A stretch of 64,000 bases of DNA from Thermoplasmatota archaeon (GCA_040751795.1 JBFMHR010000001.1:256001-320000); one strand, 5' to 3'; shown: positions 18,883 through 28,880, counted from the stretch's first letter. Made by a program: numbers and translations. The notes: generated from the letters alone by a model not told the origin.

Positions 18883-20370
18883 TCAGATGCCCGAGGGCAG
18901 GCCCGCGAACGCCTCGGCCGCCCTCACGCAGAGGTCGACCGTCGCGTCGAAGAACAGGCCGAGGAATATCGTCATGAAGAGCGCGACGGCTATCGCGGCC
19001 GTCGTCCACCGCGGCGCCCTGACCCTCTCCCCGCTCCCCTGGTCCATGTACATGCACTTGATGACGCGAGCGTAATAGTAGAGCGAGAGGGCGCTGTTCA
19101 GGACTCCAGCCACCGCGAGCCATATGAGCCAGCTCGGCCCGGGGTCCATTGACCCGTACACCGCGGATGAGAACAGGACGAACTTGCTGGCGAAGCCCGC
19201 GAGGGGCGGGATCCCAGCGAGGGACAGCAGGAACAGCGTCATGGATATGGCGAGGAACGGGGAGCGCCTCGCGAGGCCCTTGAAGTCTTCGAGCCTCTCG
19301 CCCACCGCCGCGGCGCCCATGCCCGCGACGACCATGAACGCGCCGGACTTCATGAAGGCGTGGGTCATCACGTGGAACAGGGCACCCGCGACCGCGTACT
19401 GCGTGCCCACGGGGAGCGCTATGAGGATGTACCCCGCCTGGGCGACGGACGAGTAGGCGAGCATCCTCTTGATGTTGGTCTGGGAGACCGCTATGAGGTT
19501 GCCCACGGTCATGGTCACTATCGCGAGGAGCGCTATGGCCGCCTCCCAGTCCGTCTTGGTGACCATGAGGCCGACCAGGAAGACCTTGATGAACGCGGCG
19601 AAGCCCATCTTCTTCGACGCCGCGGCCAGGAGGCCGGACACCGGCGTCGGGGCGCCCTCGTACACGTCCGGCGCCCACATGTGGAACGGGACGGCGGCCA
19701 CCTTGAATCCGAGGCCCGCGATGATCAGCACCGTCGCCAGCGCCGCGACGGAGTCGGAGCCCTCGAACGAGGAGAACATGCCCTCCATCGCCGGGCCCAT
19801 GGCCGATATGCTCGTCGTGCCCGACACCCCGTAGAACAGGGATATGGCGAAGAGCGTGAGGGCGGACGAGAACCCGCCGACTATGAAGTACTTGGTCGCC
19901 GCCTCGGAGGACCGCTTCTCCCTCTTCCTGAACCCGGAGAGGGCGAAGGACGAGATCCCCGCGATCTCCAGCCCGACGAACATCACGAAGAGGTCCGCGG
20001 CCTCGGCCACCAGGGTCATGCCCGTGACGGCCAGGAGTATGAGGGCGTAGTACTCGCCCTGGTTCCTGTCACCGCGGACGAAGTCCGCCGATGTGAGCAC
20101 CACTATGACGCCCACCGAGAGGAACACGAGGGTGAACAGCCCCGAGAAGAGGTCGATCTCCACGAGCGGGACGCTGCTCGCGGGCGGGGTCCACGCGTCG
20201 AAGAACATCCACGCCACGACGGCCGCTGCCACGCCCACCAGGGGCATCAGCGCCGCCGCCGCGACGAGCCGCTTGTCCCTGAACAGGTAGTCCAGGGCCG
20301 GCACGATCAGCGCGAACAGCACCAGCACGAGCTGCAGCATGAAGGGCTCGAGCATGCTCAGGACGGTCAA
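18883..20370 (-). CDS. nuoN: Complex I/Fpo-like subunit N
   Basis: EAATKYF, GFKVAAVPFHMWAPDVYEGAP, KRMLAYSS. Confidence 0.93.
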   Translation of the reverse strand: MTVLSMLEPFMLQLVLVLFALIVPALDYLFRDKRLVAAAALMPLVGVAAAVVAWMFFDAWTPPASSVPLVEIDLFSGLFTLVFLSVGVIVVLTSADFVRGDRNQGEYYALILLAVTGMTLVAEAADLFVMFVGLEIAGISSFALSGFRKREKRSSEAATKYFIVGGFSSALTLFAISLFYGVSGTTSISAMGPAMEGMFSSFEGSDSVAALATVLIIAGLGFKVAAVPFHMWAPDVYEGAPTPVSGLLAAASKKMGFAAFIKVFLVGLMVTKTDWEAAIALLAIVTMTVGNLIAVSQTNIKRMLAYSSVAQAGYILIALPVGTQYAVAGALFHVMTHAFMKSGAFMVVAGMGAAAVGERLEDFKGLARRSPFLAISMTLFLLSLAGIPPLAGFASKFVLFSSAVYGSMDPGPSWLIWLAVAGVLNSALSLYYYARVIKCMYMDQGSGERVRAPRWTTAAIAVALFMTIFLGLFFDATVDLCVRAAEAFAGLPSGI

Positions 20371-20371
20371 C

Positions 20372-21877
20372 TCATCCACCTCCGAAGAGCCTGAGGACAA
20401 TCTCCACGGCCGAGTCTATCCTGGAGAACACGAGGCCGGGGAACACCCCGAAGACGGCTATCAGCGCCACGAGCACCCCGACGGGCACGTACTCGTACCA
20501 GTCCATGTCCTTCAGGTGGGACGTGTCTATCTTCTCCGTCATCGGGCCGAACACGGACCTCTGCAAGGCCCACAGGTAATAGGCGGCGGTTATCGCGACC
20601 GCGGATATCGGCACCAGCACCCACAGGGCCCACTTGTCGAAGGTGGCGTAGAGGACCATGAACTCGGCGGCGAAGCTCACCAGGCCCGGCAGGCCCAGCG
20701 AAGCGAGGAACCCCACCGTCATGAGCGTGGCTGCGATCGGGATGCGCTTCGCGAGCCCTCCCAGGAGCGGGATCATCCTCGTGCCGCACTTGTGCTGCAC
20801 GACGCCGCACATCATGAAGAGGACCGCGGTGACGAGGCCGTGGGCGAACATCTGGAAGACGCCGGCGACCACGCCGACCTCGCTCAGGGTCGCGTAGCCC
20901 AGGAGCACGAAGCCCATGTGGCTTATCGAGGAGTAGGCGACCATCTTCTTGAGGTCCTTCTGGGCGAGGCAGACCATGGCGCCGTAGACTATGCTTATGA
21001 CGCCCATCACGGCCATGAGTACCGAGAGGTCGCTCGCCCCCTCGGGCAGCGACGGGATCGCGACGCGGATTATGCCGTACCCGCCCATCTTCAGCAGGAG
21101 GCCCGCCAGGAGGACCGAGCCCGCGGTCGGGGCCTCCACGTGCGCGTCGGGCAGCCACGTGTGGAAGGGCACCATGGGCAGCTTGACCCCGAAGCCGAAG
21201 AACATCGCGGCGAATATGCCCACCTGCATCGCCCTCGCGAACCCGACGCTCTCGGCGGCGATGGCCTCCATGCTGAAGGTCTGCAGCCCCGCCTCGAAGT
21301 ACATCGCCATTATGGCGATCAGCAGCGCCAGGCTCGCGACGTGGGTGTATATGAAGAACTTGATGGCGGCGTAGTCCTTCCTCGGGCCGCCCCATATGCC
21401 GATGAGGAAGTACATCGGTATGAGGACGACCTCCCAGAACACGTAGAACATGAAGTAGTCCAGGGAGACGAACACGCCCAGGACGCCCACCTCGAGGATG
21501 AGCATCAGGCCGAAGTACTCCTTCGGGCGCTTCTCGGTGTCCCAAGAGAACAGCACGGAGAGCATGCAGAGGAGCGTCGTGAGGACGAAGAGGGGGAGGC
21601 TGATGCCGTCGATGCCCACGATGTAGCTCACGCCGAGGGTCTCGATCCACTCGTACTCCTCGTAGAACTGGTAGCCGTTGTGGTAGCCCGTCGCCTCCGA
21701 CGTCGGGTCCGTTGCGAACTCGTAGGTCACCAGGAGGGAGAGCGCCAGGGCCGCCGCGGAGAACGCGAGGGCCACGACGCGCGCGTGCTTCCCGTGCCTG
21801 CCGAGCCCGAGCGTGACGAAAGCGCCGATGAGCGGCAGGACTATCACGAGGGACAGGACGGGAATTCCTTCGAGCAT
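20372..21877 (-). CDS. nuoM: Complex I/Fpo-like subunit M
   Basis: FYVFWE, PFHTWLPDAHVEAP, LLKMGGYG, YSSISHMG. Confidence 0.95.
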   Translation of the reverse strand: MLEGIPVLSLVIVLPLIGAFVTLGLGRHGKHARVVALAFSAAALALSLLVTYEFATDPTSEATGYHNGYQFYEEYEWIETLGVSYIVGIDGISLPLFVLTTLLCMLSVLFSWDTEKRPKEYFGLMLILEVGVLGVFVSLDYFMFYVFWEVVLIPMYFLIGIWGGPRKDYAAIKFFIYTHVASLALLIAIMAMYFEAGLQTFSMEAIAAESVGFARAMQVGIFAAMFFGFGVKLPMVPFHTWLPDAHVEAPTAGSVLLAGLLLKMGGYGIIRVAIPSLPEGASDLSVLMAVMGVISIVYGAMVCLAQKDLKKMVAYSSISHMGFVLLGYATLSEVGVVAGVFQMFAHGLVTAVLFMMCGVVQHKCGTRMIPLLGGLAKRIPIAATLMTVGFLASLGLPGLVSFAAEFMVLYATFDKWALWVLVPISAVAITAAYYLWALQRSVFGPMTEKIDTSHLKDMDWYEYVPVGVLVALIAVFGVFPGLVFSRIDSAVEIVLRLFGGG

Positions 21878-21881
21878 GTGC

Positions 21882-23843
21882 TCACCACCCTCCCCACGGT
21901 ATCACGTACAGAACGAGTATGAGCAGGAGGCATATCCCGACGACTATCAGGCCGGTGTAGCGCTGGACGTTGCCGTTCTGGAGCCTCCTGATGAGGTTCC
22001 CGGTGTTCCCGCCCAGGTAGGCGAAGCCGTTCACGATGCCGTCTATGACGTGCCTGTCGAACGCGTCCGCCACGAGCGACAGGGCGTACACGACCTTCAC
22101 CGCGAGGTCGTCGTAGAACTTGCTGATGTACCACCGGTTCTCGAGGGCCCTCTGCAGCCTCCCGTTGACGCCCTTCGCGAACACCGAGCGGTCGAATCCG
22201 GGCACGTAGTAGACCTTCCAAGCCAGGAGTATGCCGCCGACGGCCAGGGCGAGGGTCAGGTAGGTGAGCGGGTCCGTGAATATGCCGACCGCGAGGTCCG
22301 CGAGGCTCCCGTGCTCGGCCCCGTGCAGCAGGCCGTGTATCGAGCCGGCCATGAAGGACTCGAACCCCTCCCCTATGAAGAGTGCGAAGCCCGAGCCGAT
22401 CGCCAGGCCCGCGAGTATCATCAGCGGGACGGTCATGATCCGCGGGCTCTCGTGCGCGTGGTAGGCCGACCTCGGCTGGCCCGCGAAGGTCATGAACCAC
22501 ATCCTGAACATGTAGAACGCCGTGAGGAAGGCGGTGGCCATCCCCATGAGCCATAGCACGAAGAACACCGGGTCGAAGTCCCCGGCGTGCCAGACGGCCG
22601 CCAGCACCTCGTCCTTGCTCCAGAAGCCCGACAGAGGCGGCACCCCCGCTATCGCCAGGGAGCCGATCAGCATCGTGAGCGAGGTGACCTTCATCACCTT
22701 GCCCAGGCCGCCCATGAGCCGCATGTCGTTCGTGCCCACGGCGTGTATGACGCTGCCGCCGCAGAGGAACAGGAGGGCCTTGAAGAACGCGTGGTTCATC
22801 AGGTGGAACGTGGCCGCGGAATAGCCCGCGGCGGTGTCGGCGTGTATCACGAGGTAGCCGCCGGCGCCGAGGCCCAGGGTCATGTACCCGAGCTGGCTTA
22901 TGGTGCTGTACGCCAGGACGCGCTTGATGTCGTTCTGGGCCAGCGCTGCGGTCGCCGCCACCAGGGCGGTGATGCCGCCGATGCACGCGACGAAGACGAG
23001 GCTCTCGGGCGCCTGCACCAGGAGCGGGTAGGACCTGGCAGTGAGGTACACCCCCGCTTTGACCATCGTCGCGGCGTGGATGAGGGCCGACACCGTCGTC
23101 GGGCCCTCCATGGCGTCGGGGAGCCACTCGTGCAGCGGGAACTGGGCGCTCTTGCCTATCGCGCCGCCGAATATCAGCGCGGTCGAGAGGACCATCATGT
23201 CCGTTGGCACCGCCGACGTCCCGGTCCCGTGGAACAGCTCGGCGAAGTCGAGGCTGCCGACGTACTTGAACAGGATTATGATGCCCGCCATGAACATGAT
23301 GTCGCCCACGCGGGTCACTATGAAGGCCCTCTTGGCGGCGCTTGCGGCCGACGGCCTCTCGTACCAGAAGCCTATCAGCAGGTAGGAGCACAGGCCGACC
23401 AGCTCCCAGAATATGAACATCAGGAGGTAGTTGTCCGCTATGACGAGCCCGTACATCACCGATATGAAGAGGCAAATCTCGGCGTAGTACCGTCTCCTGG
23501 TCTCGCCCTCGCCGTGCATGTACCCGCCCGAGTAGAAGACCACCAGGGTGCCGACGATCGACACGACCACGAGCATGAGGGCCGACAGCTCGTCGATCCA
23601 TATCCCGAAGGTGAGGCTGAAGTCACCGACGACGAGCCACTCGAACCTCTGCGAGCCGTCCGTGAGGGTGTTGCCCATCAGCACGTCCCACACGACGAGG
23701 AACGACAGGCCCATTGCGCCGAGCGCGCCTCCGATGGCGTAGACCGCGCCGTCCTCCCACCACAGAGTGCGCTTGGGCATCAGCGCTATGAGCATGAACG
23801 CGACGAAGGGGAAGACCGGGATGAGCCATGCGTACTCGAGCAG
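21882..23843 (-). CDS. nuoL: Complex I/Fpo-like subunit L (probable CTG start)
   Basis: GKSAQFPLHEWLPDAMEGPT, HAATMV, HAFFKALLF; in-frame CTG gives N-terminal helix MLEYAWLIPVFPF. Confidence 0.93.
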   Translation of the reverse strand: MLEYAWLIPVFPFVAFMLIALMPKRTLWWEDGAVYAIGGALGAMGLSFLVVWDVLMGNTLTDGSQRFEWLVVGDFSLTFGIWIDELSALMLVVVSIVGTLVVFYSGGYMHGEGETRRRYYAEICLFISVMYGLVIADNYLLMFIFWELVGLCSYLLIGFWYERPSAASAAKRAFIVTRVGDIMFMAGIIILFKYVGSLDFAELFHGTGTSAVPTDMMVLSTALIFGGAIGKSAQFPLHEWLPDAMEGPTTVSALIHAATMVKAGVYLTARSYPLLVQAPESLVFVACIGGITALVAATAALAQNDIKRVLAYSTISQLGYMTLGLGAGGYLVIHADTAAGYSAATFHLMNHAFFKALLFLCGGSVIHAVGTNDMRLMGGLGKVMKVTSLTMLIGSLAIAGVPPLSGFWSKDEVLAAVWHAGDFDPVFFVLWLMGMATAFLTAFYMFRMWFMTFAGQPRSAYHAHESPRIMTVPLMILAGLAIGSGFALFIGEGFESFMAGSIHGLLHGAEHGSLADLAVGIFTDPLTYLTLALAVGGILLAWKVYYVPGFDRSVFAKGVNGRLQRALENRWYISKFYDDLAVKVVYALSLVADAFDRHVIDGIVNGFAYLGGNTGNLIRRLQNGNVQRYTGLIVVGICLLLILVLYVIPWGGW

Positions 23844-23844
23844 C

Positions 23845-24165
23845 CTACCACCTCAGTATGTTGATCTTGTCGACGTCCACCGTCTGGTACCGCCTGTACA
23901 CGGACAGTATGATCGCCAGCCCGACCGCGACCTCCGCCGCCGCGATCGCTATCGAGAACAGCGCGAACGCCTGCCCCGACGGGTCCACCGAGATGTGCAG
24001 CGTGGAGTGGTACGAGCTGAACATCACCAGGTTGACGTTCGCCGCGTTGAGCATGATCTCGATGCACATCAGCACGACGATGGCGTTCCTGCGGGTGAGG
24101 ACGCCGTACGCCCCGACCACGAAGAGGAGGGAGCTGAACACCAGCCAGTACTCGATCGGTATCAT
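23845..24165 (-). CDS. nuoK: Complex I/Fpo-like subunit K
   Basis: RRNAIVVLMCIEIMLNA, AAAEVAVGLA. Confidence 0.93.
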   Translation of the reverse strand: MIPIEYWLVFSSLLFVVGAYGVLTRRNAIVVLMCIEIMLNAANVNLVMFSSYHSTLHISVDPSGQAFALFSIAIAAAEVAVGLAIILSVYRRYQTVDVDKINILRW

Positions 24166-24407
24166 TCCCTCTCCTCCTTTGCGAGGAACACCCCGCCGAG
24201 TATGGCGACGAGCAGGAGCAGGCCTATCATGAACACGACGAGCGAGTACCCGGAGGTCCACTCGTCGCCCAGCATTGCCCTGGAGACGTCGTCGTTGGAT
24301 ATCGCGTCCATGTCCCCGTCAGGCCAGTCGACGCCCGTGACCACCAGGACGAGCAGCAGCGCCAGGAGAACCAGGGAGGCCCCCTTGAGCAACCCCCCGC
24401 GCCTCAT
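24162..24407 (-). CDS. nuoJ: Subunit J, C-terminal half (split gene)
   Basis: Two TMs ending LLLVAILGGVFLAKEE; between J-N and K. Confidence 0.8.
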   Translation of the reverse strand: MRRGGLLKGASLVLLALLLVLVVTGVDWPDGDMDAISNDDVSRAMLGDEWTSGYSLVVFMIGLLLLVAILGGVFLAKEERE

Positions 24408-24667
24408 CTGCCCTCACTCTCCATGATCTCGCGCTTGGTGAGCATGATGCCGAAGAGGATGACCACGACCACGGCCCCGACGTACACCAGTATCTGCACT
24501 ATGGCCACGAACTCCGCGTTGAGCATTATGTACAGGCACGCGACGGAGACGAAGCATGTCGCGAGGGCTATCACGCTGTGCATTATCTCCCGCGCGCGCA
24601 CCACCATCAGCGCGGACACGAGCGCGCCCGCGGCGAGCATCAGGAACACTACGAGCTCCCAGGTCAC
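24404..24667 (-). CDS. nuoJ: Subunit J, N-terminal half (split gene)
   Basis: LNAEFVAIVQILVYVGAVVVVILF. Confidence 0.88.
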   Translation of the reverse strand: MTWELVVFLMLAAGALVSALMVVRAREIMHSVIALATCFVSVACLYIMLNAEFVAIVQILVYVGAVVVVILFGIMLTKREIMESEGR

Positions 24668-25578
24668 TTCCGCACCCCCGGCATCTCTATGGCCTCGAAC
24701 TTGCAGGCCTTGAAGCACCTTCCGCAGCCGACGCACTTCTCGAGGACGAACACGGCCCTCTTCTTGGGCTTGCCCTTCTTGCCGTCCTTGAGCACCTTCT
24801 CGGTCCCCGGCATCTCGAGCATGTATATGGCGTCCGCGGGGCACGCGCGCGCGCAAGCGCCGCAGCCCGTGCAGCTGTCGAGGACGAGCTTCGGCTCGGG
24901 CATCTCGAAGTAGGACTCGTACACCTCGACCATGGTGAGCGCCTTCTCGGGGCAGGCCGCGGCGCACTTGCCGTGCGAGTTGCACTTGGAGAGGTTGATC
25001 TCGGGCTTCTTCTTGCCCACCTTCTCGATGGGCATCATGGCGATGCACATCTCGGGGCACTCCCCGGCGCACTTCTCGCAGCCCGTGCACTTGGACATGT
25101 CCAGCATCGGCAGGAGCCGCTTCCTCCTCTCCTCCTTGAACGTGGCGGCGAAGGCGTCGTCCCTGATGGCCTGCGGGCCGAGCCTGAACGCCTCGCGGTC
25201 CCTCCCCGCGAGCTCGAACTCGGTCGTCATGTGCAGGGCGCACGTCGGGCACACCTCGGCGCAGAAGCCGCAGAAGAGGCACCGCCCGAGGTCGACGCCC
25301 GGCCGCTCTATCTTGCCGAGCTCAGGGTCCTCGACCTTCTCGAGCCACATGCAGTCGTTGGGGCATATGGCGACGCAGTTCCCGCAGCCGATGCACTTCT
25401 TGAAGTCGAGCGTGTGCTTGCCGCGGTAGACCTGCGGGAGCACCAGCTTCTGGTGTGGGTAGAGGACCGTGTTGGGCTTGCCCAGGATGAGGGAGCGCAC
25501 GAGCTGCTTCCCCGTCCTCATCATCGGCCTGACGACGTACCCTATGAAGCTGACCTTGCCCCTCTCGGCCTCCGCCAT
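24664..25578 (-). CDS. nuoI: Subunit I with polyferredoxin extension (six 4Fe-4S motifs)
   Basis: TVLYP..YRG, CIGCGNC, CLFCGFCAEVCP plus four further ferredoxin motifs. Confidence 0.9.
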   Translation of the reverse strand: MAEAERGKVSFIGYVVRPMMRTGKQLVRSLILGKPNTVLYPHQKLVLPQVYRGKHTLDFKKCIGCGNCVAICPNDCMWLEKVEDPELGKIERPGVDLGRCLFCGFCAEVCPTCALHMTTEFELAGRDREAFRLGPQAIRDDAFAATFKEERRKRLLPMLDMSKCTGCEKCAGECPEMCIAMMPIEKVGKKKPEINLSKCNSHGKCAAACPEKALTMVEVYESYFEMPEPKLVLDSCTGCGACARACPADAIYMLEMPGTEKVLKDGKKGKPKKRAVFVLEKCVGCGRCFKACKFEAIEMPGVRK

Positions 25579-26706
25579 TCAGAACCACCCCATGGTCTTC
25601 ATCGCGGCGGCGATGAGCAGGTTCACCATCGCGAGCGGGAGGAGCCTCTTCCACCCCAGGTTCAGGATCTGGTCCACCCTGACCCTCGGCAGGGACCACC
25701 TCATCCACTCTATTACAACGAAGACGCAGTATGCCTTGATCAGGAACCATATCTCCCCCGGGACCGGGTCGGGGCCGTTCCACCCGCCCAGGAACAGGGC
25801 GGTCGCCAGGGCGCCTCCCGCGTACCCCCTCAGGTAGGAGGTCATCATGAAGAAGCCGAAGCGCATGCCGCAGTACTCGGTCGTCCACCCCTCGACCAGC
25901 TCTGCCTCGGCCTCGGGCAGGTCGAAGGGCGTGACCTCGACCTCGGCGGCCATGCACACGAGGAAGACGATGAAACCGATGAACAGGGGGATGGCGTACC
26001 AGACGTCCTCCTGCCCCTCGACGACGCCGACGAACCCGAAGTCGCCCGACAGGAGGAAGACGCTCGCGACGGCCAGGAGGAGCGGTATCTCGTAGCTCAT
26101 CATCTGGGCCGCGGACCGCATCCCGCCGATGAGGGTGTACTTGTTGTTCGAGGACCAGCCCGCCAGGAGTATGGAGAAGGGCGCTATGGCGAAGGCCGCG
26201 AAGGCGAAGAGCGCGCCCGCGGGGACGAGGTCCCCGTCGATGTTGGTCGCTATGCCGAAGTCCGGGCTCAGGGGTATGGTCGCGAGTATGAGGAAGGACG
26301 AGCTGACGAATATGACCGGGGCCAGGATGAAGCCCAGCCGGTCCGCGTCCTTCGGGGTGATGATCTCCTTGACGAACAGCTTCATCCCGTCCGCGATGTT
26401 CTGGAGCCACCCGCCGATCCTGTAGCCGACGTAGTACGGCCCGTAGAAGTCGAATATGCGCCCGCTCAGCTTCCTGTCGAGCCAGATGAAGTTGAGGACG
26501 TTCACTATGGCGACAATCAGGACGACCAGTACCTCGAGGAGGATGGTCATCACCGCTATGTGGCTGTCCGAGGCGGCGAAGTCGCCCACGTCCGTGAAGA
26601 ACCCGCCGAGGCCGCCAGGCAGCAGGTCGCCGAGCCAGTACCACAGGTTGTTGACGAGGTCCACGAGCCAGACGATTATCCCGTTGCAGAACTCGTACAG
26701 GTTCAT
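25579..26706 (-). CDS. nuoH: Complex I/Fpo-like subunit H
   Basis: ADGMKLFVKE, SNNKY, PFDLPEAEAELV, PRVRVDQ. Confidence 0.95.
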   Translation of the reverse strand: MNLYEFCNGIIVWLVDLVNNLWYWLGDLLPGGLGGFFTDVGDFAASDSHIAVMTILLEVLVVLIVAIVNVLNFIWLDRKLSGRIFDFYGPYYVGYRIGGWLQNIADGMKLFVKEIITPKDADRLGFILAPVIFVSSSFLILATIPLSPDFGIATNIDGDLVPAGALFAFAAFAIAPFSILLAGWSSNNKYTLIGGMRSAAQMMSYEIPLLLAVASVFLLSGDFGFVGVVEGQEDVWYAIPLFIGFIVFLVCMAAEVEVTPFDLPEAEAELVEGWTTEYCGMRFGFFMMTSYLRGYAGGALATALFLGGWNGPDPVPGEIWFLIKAYCVFVVIEWMRWSLPRVRVDQILNLGWKRLLPLAMVNLLIAAAMKTMGWF

Positions 26707-26710
26707 GGCC

Positions 26711-27802
26711 TCACCTATCGTTCTCCCCGATGCACATGTCGAGGCCGCCCATTATGGCCACGACATCGGCGACCTTGTACCCGACCAGGAACTTGGGCGC
26801 CGCTGAGACGGTCACGAATATCGGGCTGCGGATCTTGAGCCTGTAGGGCCTGTCGGTCCCGTCGCCGACGACGTACATCATGCCCTCGCCCCTGGGGTCC
26901 TCGACCCTGCCCATGCCGGTCCCGGCGGGGGCGTTCCTCGGCGCGACGACCCTGAAGTCCCCCTTGGGCATCCCCTTGACCGCCTGCCGGATGATCCTGC
27001 AGCTCTCCCACATCTCGTCCATCCTGACGCGGTACCGGGCGAAGCAGTCCCCCTCGGGCCTAGTGCACACCTCGAAGCGCATGTCCGGATAGGCCTCGTA
27101 GGGGTTGTCCCTCCTGAGGTCGCACCTGGCGCCGCTCCCCCTGAGGGGCGGGCCGGTGACGCCGAGGTTCATGGCGAGCTCCTTCTTCAGTACGCCCACC
27201 CCCTCGTTCCTCATCATGAATATCTTGGAGCCCTCGTAGATGTCCTCGTACTCCTTCAGCCTCTTCTCCATGTAGTCGCACGCGCGGAGGGCCTCCCTGT
27301 CCCAGTTCGGCGGGAGGTCGTGCGCGACCCCGCCTATGCGCGGGTAGTTGTAGGTCAGCCTCGAGCCGGTGAGGCTCTGGAGCAGGTCGACGAAGACCTC
27401 CCTGTCCCTCATCCCGTAGATGAAGCCCACCATCATCCCCAGGTCGGCCGCGTACGCCGCGAGCCACATCAGGTGGGAGGCGATCCTCTGCATCTCGAGG
27501 ACGGCGACGCGGATGTACTGCGCCCTCGGGGGGACCTCGACGCCCATCAGGTCCTCGACCGTCCTGCAGTACAGGTGGCTCCAGCTCATGGACGAGCCGT
27601 AGCAGAGCCTGTCGGTGATGGGGATGACCTGGGTGTATGTCCTGTTCTCGCAGAGCTTCTCGATGCCCCTGTGGAGGTAGCCCACCTCCGGCTCGGCGTC
27701 GACGATGGTCTCGCCGTCGACCTTTATGCGGAGGTTCCACAGCCCGTGCGTCATCGGGTGCTGCGGGCCCATGTTGATCCACATCTCAGCCGTGCCATTC
27801 AC
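26711..27802 (-). CDS. nuoD: Complex I/Fpo-like subunit D
   Basis: NMGPQHPMTHG, GYLHRGIEK, DRLCY; no NiFe CxxC pairs. Confidence 0.93.
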   Translation of the reverse strand: MNGTAEMWINMGPQHPMTHGLWNLRIKVDGETIVDAEPEVGYLHRGIEKLCENRTYTQVIPITDRLCYGSSMSWSHLYCRTVEDLMGVEVPPRAQYIRVAVLEMQRIASHLMWLAAYAADLGMMVGFIYGMRDREVFVDLLQSLTGSRLTYNYPRIGGVAHDLPPNWDREALRACDYMEKRLKEYEDIYEGSKIFMMRNEGVGVLKKELAMNLGVTGPPLRGSGARCDLRRDNPYEAYPDMRFEVCTRPEGDCFARYRVRMDEMWESCRIIRQAVKGMPKGDFRVVAPRNAPAGTGMGRVEDPRGEGMMYVVGDGTDRPYRLKIRSPIFVTVSAAPKFLVGYKVADVVAIMGGLDMCIGENDR

Positions 27803-28290
27803 CCCCTGAAGTCCTTCCGGAGCGGGTGGTAGAGCGTGTCCTTCAGCATCAGTATGCGCTCCAGCTTCGGATGCCCCTTGAACGTGATGCCCATCAGGTC
27901 ATACGCCTCCCTCTCCTGCCAGTTGGCCCCGCCCCAGATGTCGGAGACGGAGTCGACCGTCGGGTCGTCCTTCGGCGTCGCGGTGATGAGCTCGACCGTG
28001 AGGTTGCCCTGGTAGCTGGAGACGTGGTACACGACCTCGAACCTGTCAGGGTAGTCGACCGCGGAGATCATCGACATGTGCTCGAAGCCGAGGTCGTCCC
28101 TGAGGAGCCTGCAGGCGCGGTAGAGGTCCTCCCTCCTGACGCGCGCGCGCAGGAGGCCTGGCCTGACGCGCTCCGCGTCCGACACCGACGAGGGGAAGCC
28201 CTCCCTGAGCCCCCTGAGGACCCTCTCCTCCGGGTCCCCCCCTATGCGCGTCGGAGCCTTCTCGAGCTCCCCCTGTCCCCCTCCGACCAT
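27799..28290 (-). CDS. nuoC: Complex I/Fpo-like subunit C
   Basis: ANWQEREAYDLMGI.F.GHP, HPLRKDF. Confidence 0.92.
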   Translation of the reverse strand: MVGGGQGELEKAPTRIGGDPEERVLRGLREGFPSSVSDAERVRPGLLRARVRREDLYRACRLLRDDLGFEHMSMISAVDYPDRFEVVYHVSSYQGNLTVELITATPKDDPTVDSVSDIWGGANWQEREAYDLMGITFKGHPKLERILMLKDTLYHPLRKDFRG

Positions 28291-28310
28291 GTCATCTCCC
28301 CCCGGTGCCC

Positions 28311-28880
28311 TCACCTGCCCGTCAGCAGCCCCCGCTTCTCCTCCTTGATCTTCCTCTGCAGCTTCAGGAAGCCGTCGATGAGCGCCTCCGGCCTCGCCGG
28401 GCACCCTGGAATGTATATGTCGACGGGGATGAACTGGTCGACCCCTTTGACGACGTTGTAGCTGTCGTAGAACGGCCCGCCTGACACCGCGCACTCGCCC
28501 ATGGCGATGACCCACTTGGGCGAGGGCATCTGGTCGTAGAGCCTCCTGAGGGCGGGCTGCAGCTTCTTGCTGACCGGCCCGTTCACCAGGAGTATGTCGC
28601 ACTGCCTCGGGGTCGACCTGTATATCACTCCCATCCTCTGCGCGTCGAAGCGCGGGGCCGAGGAGACGGCCATCTCCAGGGCGCAGCACATGATGCCGAA
28701 GTGGAGGGGGTACATCGAGTTCCTGGTCGCCCAGTTGAAGAAGTCCTTGAGGACGTAGTCGAGCGCCCCGCCGACGGGCGAGCGCTTGAGGACGACGCCG
28801 AGGGCCTCGTCCGACCACTCGATGAAGTCCTTCGAGCGGAGCATCATGACCTGGCCCAGGGACTGCCCGTCCCCCTTCAT
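28311..28880 (-). CDS. nuoB: Complex I/Fpo-like subunit B
   Basis: CCALEM, MGECAVSGG, YIPGCPARPE. Confidence 0.94.
   Translation of the reverse strand: MKGDGQSLGQVMMLRSKDFIEWSDEALGVVLKRSPVGGALDYVLKDFFNWATRNSMYPLHFGIMCCALEMAVSSAPRFDAQRMGVIYRSTPRQCDILLVNGPVSKKLQPALRRLYDQMPSPKWVIAMGECAVSGGPFYDSYNVVKGVDQFIPVDIYIPGCPARPEALIDGFLKLQRKIKEEKRGLLTGR

Noticed and set aside
24162-24667. Split nuoJ as a pseudogene
   Set aside because: Split J is common in archaeal Fpo/Nuo-like operons, and both halves have coupled starts
26711-27802. NuoD as a group 4 NiFe hydrogenase large subunit
   Set aside because: N- and C-terminal CxxC pairs are absent (DRLCYGSS; DMCIGENDR)
27784-27802. ACG start codon for nuoD (similar context at oppB)
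   Set aside because: An in-frame GTG or ATG explains the start adequately
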